Source of the DNA: Styela clava
Taxonomy: Eukaryota
Reading direction: 5' to 3'
Assembly (NCBI RefSeq): GCF_964204865.1
Contig: NC_135255.1
Location: 7,316,001 to 7,380,000, forward strand
Length of the DNA stretch: 64,000 nt
Shown: piece after piece, positions 22,401 to 37,400 of the stretch
Layout: every line of letters starts with the position of its first letter
How positions within the stretch are numbered: the stretch's first letter is position 1
The notes under the pieces: generated by a model
Database searches by the model: none
The model's input: only the letters and a program-made list of their open reading frames with translations
What the model was told of the DNA's origin: nothing
Program-made: the position numbers and the translations under genes

Positions 22401-25400
22401 TCAGTGATTATTAGTAACCTTGCTCAGAATTATGTCTGACAAGTTACGCGCACCTCAGTTCAAAAAATTTTCCCATAAAAATGGTACGAGCTACTAATCA
22501 CTACCATTCTCCTACAAACTGTTTCGGGTCAACCTGTCACTATGATGTTCCGAGTCCGACCTAGTTAAGTTTAAAACAAAAACTGGTGTTTTTCAATCCA
22601 CAATATCAGATTTATTAAAATATGGAAGAAATGTGAGTAATGTACCAATCAGGGTCCAAACTGAAACCCTGATCAATGATTAAAGCTTAATTGGGCAAAT
22701 TTACTATATGTTAACTTATAACACTTAACAAAATATAATATGAATACCTAATTTAAGTGAAATTATATGGAAAAAAGGAAACATTGTGACCAAAATAAAT
22801 TGATTATGGCAATGAAATGTTACGATATATCTTGTGGCTAATCGATGCAGAACAGCATTCATAAATATCTTGGAATGCAATTTTAGTAGAAAGTTTAATT
22901 TTTGTTTCTGCTTGGTGTAGCCATCCATATATGGCATTAATGTTACGGATAATGAATAAATTTTTTGAAGAAAGCATATTCAATAACCATTAAATATAGT
23001 CACAATCGACCGACCTGATGACTTCTTGCACTACAACTGTGTTCATTGACTCTTCGTACAAAACAGGATATTTTTTCATCACCATTTCAATATCAACAGG
23101 TTGTGGGACACTTTCCAAAATATTCTTTGCAATTTCTTCCACCATCTGTAGTAATAGAATCAGAAGTCAGAGAACAAAAATCAGTAAAAACAATATAAAT
23201 TTCAAATAGGGTTAAGTGTTTTCATGATGCAATGGCTAATTAATTAACAAACAGTTTCATTCCAATTTCCTTGCCTTCGTGCAGCATTACTCGCACGAAT
23301 ACTTGAATTTGATGCTTGATTGTAACACATCCTGGCTTTATATGCAAATCACTTTTAATACAGGATCACCCAACTTGTGATAACCAAATGTCAACAGAAT
23401 TTTACAACTTTTACAAATTGAAGTATATACAACTGTTCTGAACAATAATTTATTTAATCATCCAATCTACACTAAATCTGGTAAATTATAATTGTATATT
23501 GTAACACAAAGGCATTATTAAAGTATCAGCTAGCATATTTTCATGAAAGTGAGAAATACTGATGAGTCTGTAAGTGAGTTTGTAATTACGTCTCAAATTA
23601 GATGACCAGAACTAATGTATTTTTTTGCCACAAACAATCTCAATGGTTCAATGAATACTAATTTGAGTTATGTATTATCTGTTTTTCATTTTTTCCCCCT
23701 CGGCACACAAAATAAAGATTTTTCATATTTATACAGAGAAAAGAAAAGTCCATTAAGATGGCTCTAGGTTTGGTGAACCACGGTTTTGCATCTGGTCACC
23801 AGTCCAAGGTACGAGAATAGTTTACTATTCATTCATTTCAGATGCTTGGTGGACATGGTGCTGATCGAAGCCATAAGTGTAAGGTAATCCACCAGCGATT
23901 AATCTGGCCCATACTATGCTGAAAAAGAGTCTAGCAATCCATCAGACAAAATTATTCCTCACTAAATTACAAACTTTGAACTCGCACTAGATAATAACAT
24001 GCTGTGATGGCAAGTGTTTTTTTCTACACTCTCCAAATGTTGAGCCACATTTTTACACAATCTCATCTTCGAAACTATAAATACATTACATCAATAATCC
24101 TAATTGACACAATTGAATAACAGAAAAAATGGAGAATTATGCAAATCAGACCTCTTCACTTGATCTTCCACCACCAGAGGTTGATCTGGGTTGAAGCATA
24201 AGTAAAGCATTGAGAGCAGAGAATGATTCATTCTGAGCAAATGTAATGTTGGCATTGTCGTGCATTCCAAATATCTCTGGCGTATCATTAATCGGAAGAC
24301 TTCGAATATATTGAATGTATCCCTACAAACAAAGAATACATAAATAACATGCAAGGTACGAATTAGCGCAAACTAACGTTCATAAGGTTAAAAAAGTTAC
24401 TTAATTGAAATTTTCAAAAGTCAAAAAACCTAGCTAATATCAATTGTGATAAAAACAAAAAAATAATTATTATTCAATTTGAAACGTTTTTCAAAATGTT
24501 GTATGGCTCTTTCATTGTCATAAAAATGAAAACAGTCAAAAATGTCACCCAAGTCAACTTAAATATCATGGTTATTTATTCGGAGCCTTATAAATTCTCA
24601 GTTGATAACATTATTAACTTGAGCCAGTAACTGAACTGAAGTTAATGTTTTCTTATACTGTATTAGTATATTGTTTTGCACCCTAATATGATGTTCGGCG
24701 TAGGTTGTAAGTATTGACTATTTGGGGTCATCAAACATTTTGTTATATAAATAGTGGCAATGAGTCGTAAAATGCCCTAGAATAGCAATTAGTGATGTGA
24801 TACATAAATAAGAACAACAAAAACATTTTACTATGAGCCCATCGCTTTGAGGCTTGCTTAACACAAGTCACTTCAAAATACACAAATAAAACGTGGCCAA
24901 ATTTCCTCCTTTGAGCTAATTTGATAATTTTAGATTTGTATCGAGCCATTTCAAGCCAAACTTACATTGTTATCTAAATCAGTGTCAATCTGTTTATAAA
25001 TTCCACTTTCAGAGTAAACATGATCTGGTTTGAGTACGTCCATACTATAAAAATCAGATAATATATTCATCAGACATCTACGATCCCAATCATCTGTCAC
25101 TCTACCACCATAATTGATATGACCAGCGGTGTACGTCAAGACCTGAAAAGATAGATGAGAGAGTTATGGGCATGGTATGCTACAAAAAAATGTACGGTAT
25201 ATTGGATACCAATCATTTACTTTCCTAACCAAGCAAATGGGTACTCCCGTAGGATTAGGCCATAGTTTTATTCCGATTTTCCTCATTTTAGTTCTATTAC
25301 GACTACGAGTTTGAGGAATGTCTGTGTTAGCCAAGTGGACATACCTTCTGCTCATAGGTTTCAGTCCTTTTACACAACTTGACGTAAAGTAGGCAAACAA

Positions 25401-28400
25401 AATTTGTTACCTCCATATTGATACATAGGCTTCTGGCCGCCAACAAATGTACATACCGGTGTACCAAATATGGAGAATATGAAAATTGTTTACTAGTTTT
25501 GTGTTTGTCACCGTAGCTGACAAATTTCCTAATAATACCCTTCAAACTAGATATGAAGTGTCAGTGTTTGTAACTAATTTCCAAAAATGATGAATGTGTA
25601 CTATCTGTAAGCACAACAATTTTATAATAGCTTTCAATTAAACTGTTATTCACAATTTATTTATATATTTAGTGTTGTTCATTGAAATAAAATTTAATGT
25701 CATTATTTTTTCAGTCTGATTTAGAGAAACATGCAAACATCAAACATGCACTTCATGCATGGAGCAATCAATTACAGCGCAAGTGGTTTTTTGATAAATG
25801 ACAAGGTTTAATAAATTACTAACCTTGGAAGGTATGTCATCATATTCATCCAAGAACATTTTCAACTGAGAAATACAAATTCTCAAATCTCCAGTTGTAA
25901 ATTCATATGGAATATTGAATCCCAATGCTCCAAATTTTCTTCTTTCTAAAGCAACTCCGTGGAACAAACAAAGGGAGAGGAGAAGAGACTTGAACTCACT
26001 CACCTATAACAATTTAGTGATTTTAAAATTGAAAGAAAAATAGAAATACCAATGCAAAATGTTCAAATGCATTAAGATGAGAAAAATCAGGCAGCTAATA
26101 AAACAGACAATATTCTGATTATTTCTATTATTGGCAACAAGTCTACAAGTGACTGAACTCAAATCACTGAATATTGAGACAGAATTTTCATGTTTATCTC
26201 AATGTAGAAAAAAGGCTTATCATACCCTGAACTATGACCTCTGATTCAGTTAGGCCCAAATCTGGTACATGATTGGTTTGAAAAGTTAAACATTACAGCG
26301 GTTGGAGGCTTTAGAAAGCTGTACCTGACCACTGAATACATGAACCATCCAGTGATACCGTGGAATTCCGACATGCTTATTTTATTAAGGGCTTTAAGGA
26401 CATTAAATAAGTTCTTTCTTTTGCAGTCAAATTGGTTGTCAAATCAAAAAACAATGGCCTGTTATAACATCATTGTTCACATACCGGTAAGTTTTCACTT
26501 GACAAAGCTAGCAGTACAAATTTAATGTAAAATAGGAAATCGTCAACCAAAAAAACAGCCTAGCACCTTGCTGCAAGAATTCAAGAAATCATCATTTTGA
26601 GACATGTAAGCTCGTAACAAATTAGCTTTGATTCCTTTCGGAGGTTCGATTGTCATCTTACTACCATTCTGTAGAATTGAAACTGGAAACCGGTTGCTTG
26701 GCATAGATGTCAACCACAGTCTAAAGTCACGATGGACCTAAAACAAAGCGATTCAAAAATATAGAAAAATTTATATTAAATGGCAAGTTATTACCAAAGA
26801 TTGCACACGCATGCCTAGATTTGACCAAGTTTAAAATAGGTTTCGACAAAATAGTCACTTTTATAGAAAGAAACAAATACTTGTATGACGAAAAAGACAT
26901 ACAGAATTGTTTTGAAATATATGTTGTTGTTGATTACAAAATGTCTAAAAAAGTTAGGTTGAGGATGGATAAATTTCAGAATGTACATTATTTTTTACAG
27001 GGAATCCTGATATATGTAAAATTGCAAAATATGATCTTTTTGCATAAGTCAGATGCAGTGGTGTCATAGCATATGGGTAATAGGATACGAGAAAAAAAAT
27101 AGTGAATGCCTATTGCCTATTAAAAGTAATACAAACAATAAATGTCATACAAACAATATATTATTACTGCGGGTGATTTACCTTTTCTGGATCAATACTT
27201 TCAATCAATCTTTCCAGGGAAGGCATCCAACTTGGTGACAAATGGCAATTTTGGAAGAAAACCCATTTACCACGATCCATCGCACTTCGTAACAATGCTT
27301 CTGCTCTAGGACCCTAAAAAGTAGTAAAATACTTTGCTGAATGAATTGAAAAAGTTGAGAAGAACAGGGAATAAGATACGCCCAATTCATATCATTGTAT
27401 GATTTGCTCAAGCTAAATTTCAAACTTGAGTTTTAGTGTACTGAATTCAAAGTACCTTCAAAAACTTCAGCCTTGAAAAAATATCTTCATGGATCAACCT
27501 GGAAAAATTTGATAATCTTTATAACACTTACCTGTCCCTGTCCGAGTGATATAGCAGATAACTTTTTGGAAAATCTCATTTCTTCGGCAAATTTGTACAA
27601 ATCTGCTGCAGGGTCAGTTCCAGATGAAAGCACAAAAATGAGAGGAGTGATTGCAGATGATTCTTTGAATACAACTGCTAAATCACTGGTCTGAGGCTCG
27701 ATGAAACGTTGCCCAAGGTATTTTGCAACATAGTCTTGCATTGCGTTGGTAACCTGAGTGATTATAGATAGGAGTTTACAATTAAAGTTGTTTCATCAGA
27801 AATGCTAAATTTCAAGATTATTCTTTAGCCTACTAACTTAAAAGTATAGCTGGTTAACAGAGGCTAAAATCACATATTATGGATGAGGCAATTCCATAAT
27901 AAAAATTCTAGAAACTATATACGCAGTTAAATCTGTTGCAGTACTGAAAAGTCTCTCGCATTTCTCAAAGTGTGAACATGTAATTTATCTTCAAAATTGG
28001 TATGTTATAGCGATGACAACTTTATTACTCATCGATCTTGATCGGTAATTATGTTGATAGATATTTGTCTGTTTGTTTGTTTGTCTGTCTGTTTGTCTAT
28101 TAGAAATACGCGATATCTCACGAAAGCGAGGTCGATCTGCTCCAAATTTCGCATGTGTCTTCATCATATCTTTGACCAGAAGCCTATTGATTTTGGATGA
28201 ATTATGTCGTATAATTAGCGAGTTATTAATTAATTAGCAGTGGGACACGCGGTGGCGCTTTCGAGTCAAAGCAAAGAATACATGCCGCTACATCGATAAG
28301 TCGGTGGTCTCCGATCACTATCTCGTTTCAGTATTAGCTATAATGCGACATTGGAATTTTCCATAGTTCACCTCCTCAGATTATATAGGTTAAATTGTAT

Positions 28401-31400
28401 ACGGTACATAACCAATATGGTTGAAGTTTAGACAACAGTTTTCCTTATATTTCCAGAACATTTTATTCACTCAGTGTGACTCTTTTCGATTATTATTGCC
28501 AAAGCTTGACCAACAAGGGGTACTGATACAGAATTGTGAACATCAATTTATTTAAGCCATATCTCCCTACTGTACAATACTTGACCATACAAAAAGTGAT
28601 CTGTGCAAAATTACTATACCTTGTCAGCTCTTAGGCATCTAAGCACAATAATTTTTTGGAAATCGTCAAGATCTTCTTGCCATTTACCAGGCAATGGTTC
28701 ACGATGAGGTTCGACTGAATCAAAGATGTTTCTGAATCCATCAATGTGATTTTGGAAGTCTTTTGCAAATTCGGAAAATTTAGGCTGCAACAGGTAAAAT
28801 TAAGATATAATATTAATAGACAAGTAAAGCTGCATTTTACGAAGTATTAAAAAGTAAGTAAATCTGTATCATAATGTATTTTGGTTCTTGCGAACGTTGG
28901 TCATTGAAGCCACAAATTCAATATTATTATAGATAGACTCAAGTATGCTCGTATGCTTTCTTATAGCAGAGCCTACATAAATCGTTTCCAGAAAATTCGC
29001 CGCAGGAAATGCTGCAAAAGAATTTTGCGGTAAAACAAGTATTTGTGATAAAAACAGTTAGGTTTATAGGGTTTGGGTATGCTCTTAAATAACGAATCTT
29101 CTTTAAATAAAAAGGTAGGCTACTTTAAAAACCTAACTGCTTTTATCACAAATACTTGTTTTACAGCAAAATGCTCTTGCAGCGATTCTTCCTATTCGAC
29201 GAAATTTCCTGTGGCGAGATTTCCTACGGTGAAATTTACTGCGACCAATTTTCCTAGAACCTACATAAATTAGTGCATGGGTTTCGAATGACTAACTGTA
29301 AAGAGCTAGAGAGTACAATTTTTGACTAAGGTACACGAACAAAGTGCTACAAATCCTTATCAAAGAGTAGCTTACCAAAGCAGCCAACATCAATATGTCA
29401 CCCCATGATCTGTCAGAAATCCAGTCTGGAGCAGGGTTTGATAGTTTGGCTGGTGTAACTGTTCCTCCAGCTAACAACCATCTCCATTCATCCATGTCAA
29501 TTAGATTGTCATTCATTTGGATTCGAGCCTGTTTATTTGAGAACAATATAAGCATTTTTACTGAGATAAATTTGCAGCAAATCATGGTTTTCTACAGCAA
29601 TTAGATTGAATTTTACACAAAAAATACAATATTTTGAGTATTCAAGCATATATATGATTTACCAGTATTAAAATCTCCACTCCAAGATAAATTACAATAC
29701 TACTAGACATGGTCAAATAATATGACTGATGTGTATAATCAAGCTTACAAAGATAAGTTGATATGATAATTTGAATATAATGCATCATGGATAGCTCCAA
29801 TTAAACTATTTATGTTTTGGATATGCCATAAACTATACACAACCATCTTTAGGAATATCTGGATTGAAATTTACCCAGACATTCCTATTTTTGGTCAATA
29901 TACCATTTGCCATATATTGTTTTTCATATTAACCTATATTTTTCTACTTGAAAATAATTTATTTTAGCTTTCTGAAAAAGAGAATCTGCTTGTCTGATCA
30001 TCTACTTACACAAAGCAAGAATGCAAACATAAGCTTGTGACGTTCAAACAAAGATCTGCAGACATTGGAATAAAGACTGAACGTATTGTATTCATTGATG
30101 TTATGAATTCTTTCCTCAATTGTATCTGAAACAGAAAGAATATTCACCAAGATTATCTACAAATAGTAGTTACATAAACCCTGATTTTTGATCGTATTTA
30201 ACAGACACCTTCAAGTCTTGAGTAAATTTATATAGTTTTATTCACTTTTAGAATTTTGAAGATCGTCCATAACTTTGCTCGGAGTTGAGTCTTTTGAACT
30301 TATTAAGTGCATGGGAATTAAATTTGAGCAGATTCTATAAAAAAGGATAACCACGAAATTGAGATCAAAAAGGACTAAAAACATAGAACTTTAAACTACT
30401 AGTGTGCTGATAAATACAATTTTAAAAATTCATATGTTTGACTATGTAAATCAAAAAATATTTCAAATTCAATACCGATATGTTATTGACTAGAATAATG
30501 AATAATAGATTTTATTGATATTGGTTTGGTTTTATCCAACAAGCAAAAAATGTACCAACCGGCTCTTGCAGCATTTGCAATGCTGTTCAAGAAAATTCCG
30601 ACAAACCATTCTAATGAATACTGATACATGGGATCAATATTAGCAAGATCAGACACACAGAAGAACAAGATCTGAGTACGAACAGCAACAGGAATATACT
30701 GAGATCTGGTTGAGTCGATGTCTTTTTCTGTCTGCTCTGCAATTTCGACTTTAGCCTGCGCAAAAATGGATTGATAACAAAGGATTTAATCCAATGATTG
30801 TAACAACTTGGTGCATATATATAAAAAATGCAGTCTTTTGTATGACAACGACAACTATCCCAACTGCCCCAGGGTTACCGGTACCAAAAGAACCTTGATA
30901 AAAAGTAAAATTTTATTCCGCATTTTTTTAAAATATAATTTGTATGTTTTATATGAAATGAAAAATACAGCTTTTGAATCAGATGAAAGAGTTAGACATT
31001 GCACTTGTTGCACTGAATAATATTTCTCAAGAAGTTATACATGTTAAACTGAATTAAATATGTAATGAAGGAGACTTTATCACAAAAAATATATTTATAT
31101 CTCATCAATGTAGTTAAATTTAAGATACTCTGGTATTGGTTGCACGTTCGACAAATACACAGATTACTTTAAAATATGTCTTAATTGAATGCATTTTGAA
31201 TATAAAACTAATTTTAGAGCCAAACCAATTCTGTACAAACCAATTCTGTACAAAATTGTCTTGAACCACTTTCATGCAGCGCCTGTTGCGTGTTTTAAAA
31301 CTGGACGGAAACAGTACTTACTGTACAAGCGCAAAATACGATATACACATACAATATTTCAGTCTGGGCAAGCTCGATAGAGCATATTATTACATAACAA

Positions 31401-34400
31401 ATTTCTAAGGTTTGCCGCTACGAAGGTCTAACTCTAAAGTGAACGTGCAGAATATTGTGTGTCTTGACTGAGAAATGACTCTACAATAACAACTATGTAG
31501 AATGCAAAAATTATTTTCCCACTCCAAGAGTAGTATGTAAAATTTTATTCGCAACAAGGCGTGGTGGCGTCAGAATGCCCAATTTTTCCTGATTCCGAGC
31601 AAGCAAAAAATCGGGCTTGGAGGAAATTGTAAATTAGATACTGAAGTTTAAGCAGTCATGTAACATTTGGGGTTTGAGAATATTTATTTTCTGCTGTTTA
31701 GATGATATTGTACATGGATACTTGACAAGGTTTATTAAGGAATTTTCAACACTTGGATCGCGAGCTATTTTGAACATTTTTGTCAATCACTCCTGCTGTA
31801 CAACAACGTGCATCAAGGAAAAATAAGCTCAGATTACTGAGTACAAAACAACTGAGAAAATGACAACAATGACGAGACATACATGACGACTTGCACACAG
31901 ACTCACTTTTAACTTCCAATAACAAACTTTATATTTTCCTCTCTTTGTGAAAGCAATAATTAACAAAAACATATCTAATTTTAATATATTTGAATAATTT
32001 TCTTCTGTTCTATTAATATTGAGTTAAATGTTAGTAATATTCTAAACCATTAGAATATTTAAGTTGAGATAATCCATACAGTTTAGTGTAAATGAAATAA
32101 AAAATACATGTGTTTTGAAGAATTAGGACAAATGAAAAGGCACTTTTTTTGTAAAATTTGCTAGTCTGATCACAATTTTGATGTAAATATTTATATTCAG
32201 TACATTCAAAATTGTAAATAATTAGAATTTCATCTTAAACAACTCGGATGAAAAATTCCCTAATTCGAAAACATCGCATATATATACACAAGGTAAAGTA
32301 AATACAAGCTTTGCCAACTACTTGAATTTAGAATAACTAATCTATAGCAATAAACTATTTATTTTTATGATCTTTGAGTGTTAATATCGGAACTGTGGAA
32401 GTTTTTGTTCATATTTATTTGTCTTTAATGTTCAGCAATTTGAAATCTGAGAGTCAGCATTTACGATGGCTTAAAATTAAAAAAGAACTTTGCATTGTAC
32501 TGTGTGAATTAATTTGGAGGTTTTCAAATGCAGCACAGCTAGAATTTGAAAATATCTGAAATTTCATACTTGAAAATACTTTTCTGTGATGTATACTCTG
32601 GATAGTAAATGACCGTGGTTCACCATATGATTAAGCTGTTTTATTATCTTTCCTTTACCCCAGGATAAATATGTAAATCCTACCCTAATAATTTCATGTT
32701 AGCTATACTTTGACATTATGATATCACAAGCGTTCACATAGACATACAGGGTAATCAATTATGCATATTTGAATGAATTCTTTGCATCGAGCACATTGTG
32801 TGTCATTGTCAATCATCAAATCTATGAAAATATTATATTTATAAAAATATAATATAAAACAAACCTGAATTTCTCCAGCCTTGATCTTTGAAGCTTCAAG
32901 AATTTCAATCAGTTCAACATTATCCACTGGATTTCCCTCTGTTGCACTTAGTCTGTACAAAATTTGATCTTCAATTTCTTTCAATTCTTGTTTCATTTTT
33001 GCGTTGGTTATGATCAGTTGATTCTTTGCCTCTTCCAAATCTGGACGTTCCTCAGCTACAACTCGACCAAGAAGCTGATCTTCGAGACCACTGAATTTGT
33101 AATAATGAAAGTTATTGAACAGAATTTATTTTCATATTTATTCGACTGAGCCAAACAGCTTAGTTTTAAAAAATTTAAATATTTTCTAAATATTTTTTTT
33201 GTATTTCTACAAGAAAAGAAAAAGTCGTAGCGCAATGAAAAAAATATGAAGCAAACAACGATAAAGCAGTTCGTCCTAAAGAAGAAATGTCCTGAAGAAG
33301 AGGAAAGCCAATAATAATAATAAATTTGTGAGCAACTTTTGTTTTTATGATTTAAAAGTGAATTCACCTGAGGGCTGCAGTTTGCAGATTCTGTTTCTAT
33401 ATTAGTCTCACAAAAGAACACATTATAAATACAATATGGCCTATAGTATCTAACTGCAAAAAGGAAACATACCTTGGAGCAAGTGTAAAGTTGACCACAG
33501 TTACTTTAACTGATACTTCAGGAGTATAATGTGGATTTGGTAACTTTGATGTGATGTAAAGTTTGAAGTCATCGTGATATGGAATCACAGCATCACCAAG
33601 TTTGATCACTAGACCACCTTGTTGTTTAAATGTCTAGAAATATTGAATAATGCTATATATGTTCACTGTGTAATAAACATTTATACGGCTAAAACTTTTT
33701 CTTAAATCATTTAAGTTTGAGCGTTCAAGTTCAAACCCTAGTCCGTCAAACTATGGTAATATATTGGGTAGTCTAAGAAGAACCACAAAACAACCATCAT
33801 TCACAACTCATTAACTTAATACATCTGAGTGAAATTGGCCAAGCAATCTTGTTCAGAAAATTCCGCCTTGTGACAACAAACAGTCACAATATTTAGTTGG
33901 TAATTCTGATGACTGCTCCTATTGATATAGTATTATCGTCTGTAAAATATTTAAAAAACCTTCAAAAACTTCAAAGCAATTTAATACAGCGAGAATAGAT
34001 CTTTATAACAGCAATAAACTATGAATGGTTGAAGAGCATGTCTTGTCCATTTGTATGATATGAAAATTGGAATTTTTTTTCAATTTTGTGGAAAAAGAAA
34101 AATATAGATGAATTTATACTAAACATTCATACAGAAAGAACTGTACAATTATACTACTGCTAGTAGTGATTTGTTGTGATGCTGCCAATATTCAACTACA
34201 TTCAATGAGTTTAAAATCTACCAAATCTACCGGTAATTAGAAATAATCCATGAAACAGTGCCATAGTGTAGTTAGCATACTTGTTTCAAGAGAATAGGTT
34301 CCAAGGCTGGATCTAATTCTTCCATAACATTTTCAAGTAACATCGGTTTTCCAAATCTGACAGCATTTTCTAAACTTCTCAGGAAATCACGATCAGTGAG

Positions 34401-37400
34401 TTTGATGACATCGAGTCCATTTTCTCTTTCCATAGCTTTGACCCATTTGTTAGCCTAAGTAAAAATATTTGTCTTATATATTTATACCATGCTAGTGAAT
34501 TTGTCTTTAATATTTATTTGGCCTCGGCTACTCACAAACTTTTTGGATCATGAATGCTCATAACCATACGACTAGAAGGTGTTGTTCACACATCGACTAT
34601 GAATAGCATTTTCATACCTATCCCAAAAGGAAGGAGAGCCGATAGGATAGCTCAGTCATATGGTGAATCACATCAGTTTACCAGTTCAGGAGATTCATTT
34701 ACTAAACTTTATTAAGATTTAAGGTGCTAGTAAAGCATCGACTTTCTCAAAAATCAAAAATTTTAGTGTAATTCACTGAATAATCAATTTGAGCAATTAG
34801 GAACTACTACACATTCGACAGATAAGAACTGGTCTATTTTATTTACTTTTATTTATTTCAAAAATTTCTGTGGGCTCTATGTGATTCGTTTTTTTCATGT
34901 GATGACGTCATCAAATTAAATAATTGCACACTTTGTGGCATACTACTTCGTTTTGACCCTAGCTATATTTAGCTTCAAACAAGCTAGTAATATAACTCAT
35001 ACCTGTCCTTGTGGATCAATAAACAGTGGCCATCTTTGAGAGTATTGTACAATCACTCCATTCTCAACACTCAAATTATCCCGAGGTAAACCACTGATTT
35101 GCCAACTTCTGATTCGCACTGGATCGCTCAATGTGCTGATAAGAGTAGGTGATTCAGTTCTAGGTACTTTATTTTGATCCAAAGCTTGTTTCCACTCATG
35201 TAAAAGATCATGCCTGTATTCACCCTGAAATAAAAGAACAGAACCATGAAGGTATTTCATTTTGAAATACAGTCTCACACAATAGAAAGTTACCTTTGAA
35301 TATTGATTGCTTTTTTATTATATAAATGGACAAATTATTTTAACTATAGTTTGGAATAGTTCTGCTCTGTCGATTTTGACATGCGCCTCTCATTACTCTG
35401 AGTAGGTTCGCAGGTTCGAATCTTGTGGGGGATAATTATGTGCAAGAGGAGTGTTGGACTCCTCATCGACACAGGGTGGTTTACGTAACCGCTGGTCTGT
35501 TACAGATTTTCCCACCATCAAGTCCATGATCACATATTATTTGAATTGCTATCATATTTTGAAAGTAGAATTCATTTACAATTTCAATAAGTAAAATTTG
35601 ACGCATACCTAATTTCACCACCCAATAGCAATTTAGAATTTAATGAATTGAAAAGGAAGAATTCTAAACTACTTGGATCACTCATTCCTCAAGCTACTTA
35701 AAAATATATACATACAGTGAAGGCTCCCAGGTAAGCAACAGATCCAGCAGACACCATAACATCACCAATGATGTTTGCAATCATGTGATTGAGTCTAGTA
35801 ACAGTTTCATGCCATCTGATTTTTTCATCGGCCAATCCATTGATCAGTTTGTCTGCTCTGATGAGTCTATCTTCACACTGTTTGCATTTTGCTTCCAAAT
35901 CTTCCTTCTTGTTTACACCTGAAATATGTTAGTATTGCATTTTAAATGAGCATAAAATATAATATGTAAATAAAGTAAGTAAAAAAGGATACATTTAATA
36001 TAATTTCTTCAAACTATGGTCATAAAATAGTTATGGTCATTTAGAGTTACCAAATTTTAAATAAAAATAAAAAATTATTTTTTTGGCTATTTTTATCAAG
36101 CCAAATTGGAATTGCATGTACATCACATGGAGTTTAATGGTTAATTTCTGAAAATAAAAGCCTATTGTCATTCAATAAATGGTGGTTACATGCCAAATAA
36201 ATGCTAAGTTATACCAGCCTTGTATTCTTTATTCATTTATCTTTGAATATGCTAAATTGCTTGTTTTGTGATCTGTAGGGAAATAATTGTTTTCAGTAAA
36301 ATATAGCAACTCCAATTATTGAATGATTCTACAAGTAAATTTGGAAATTCAAATTTACTGCCTCATTCGAATGTTGAAAAAACAAAATTTTTGTGTATAC
36401 TCTCTATTCAGTAAAATATTGAGAAAAAAAAAATGCATAGAACAAAAGTACTTACACAAAGTGTATTTCTCTTGCAAGGTTGCAATTCCTTGTTCAACTT
36501 CTGCAAGTTTACCTTTTGCTTCATCTAAGATTTTCTGAGTAGCTGATAATTCTGCTTGTGCTTCAGCTAATGCAGCACGTTTTGGTGCCACACCTTTTGC
36601 AACAAAGTTATATCTAAAAAAAAACAAAAGTAAAAGTTATAACACAGTAACTCATATAACAAATCACTAAAACTGGATGATACCAATTTTGCAAAACTAA
36701 ACTAAATCCTAAATTTTAATAAATGGAGCAAGCACGAAAAAAACAAAACCAGGAAGAATCCAATCTTGTAGAAAGACTTCAGAGTTAAATAATTTAGATA
36801 CCGGTAATCTAATAGGCTCATCTGTTACCTCCATAGCTTTTTTCTTGTCAAAAAGATAATGGCATTTCAAATTTCAGAGTGAAAGTGGGTACTCCTGTAG
36901 TATGCGAACCAAGATGGCGGACACCGGAACATAGTATGTGTACCAGGTTAGGGTTAGGCTATAATTTTATTCCAATTTCCCTTATTTTAGTTCTATTACG
37001 AGTTCGGAGACTAGTCAAGTGACTCCCGTAGTATTTGTACCTGAAATTATGGTCTAACCCTAACCTGGTACACATACTACGTTCCGGTGTTCTATTTTAT
37101 TTGCTAACTCAATGAATTACCTCACCTGGGTAATAATACTTAGCAACAATAATTTAAACAAAACGAGATAAAAAAAATACAAGTCTGTTCAAAAATATCA
37201 AATGCATTCAACTATAGTTGATAATTGCTATTAAAATATTTACCGTAATAATAATTAATATAAGTACATTGTATATATACAACCATCCAGATACGAATGT
37301 TCCCAGATCGATTTTAGGAAACAATTTTGAATAAATCAACAAAAAATAAATAAATTCATAAGCTTACTTATGCATGGCTCTGGCCCACTGGCAGATAGAG

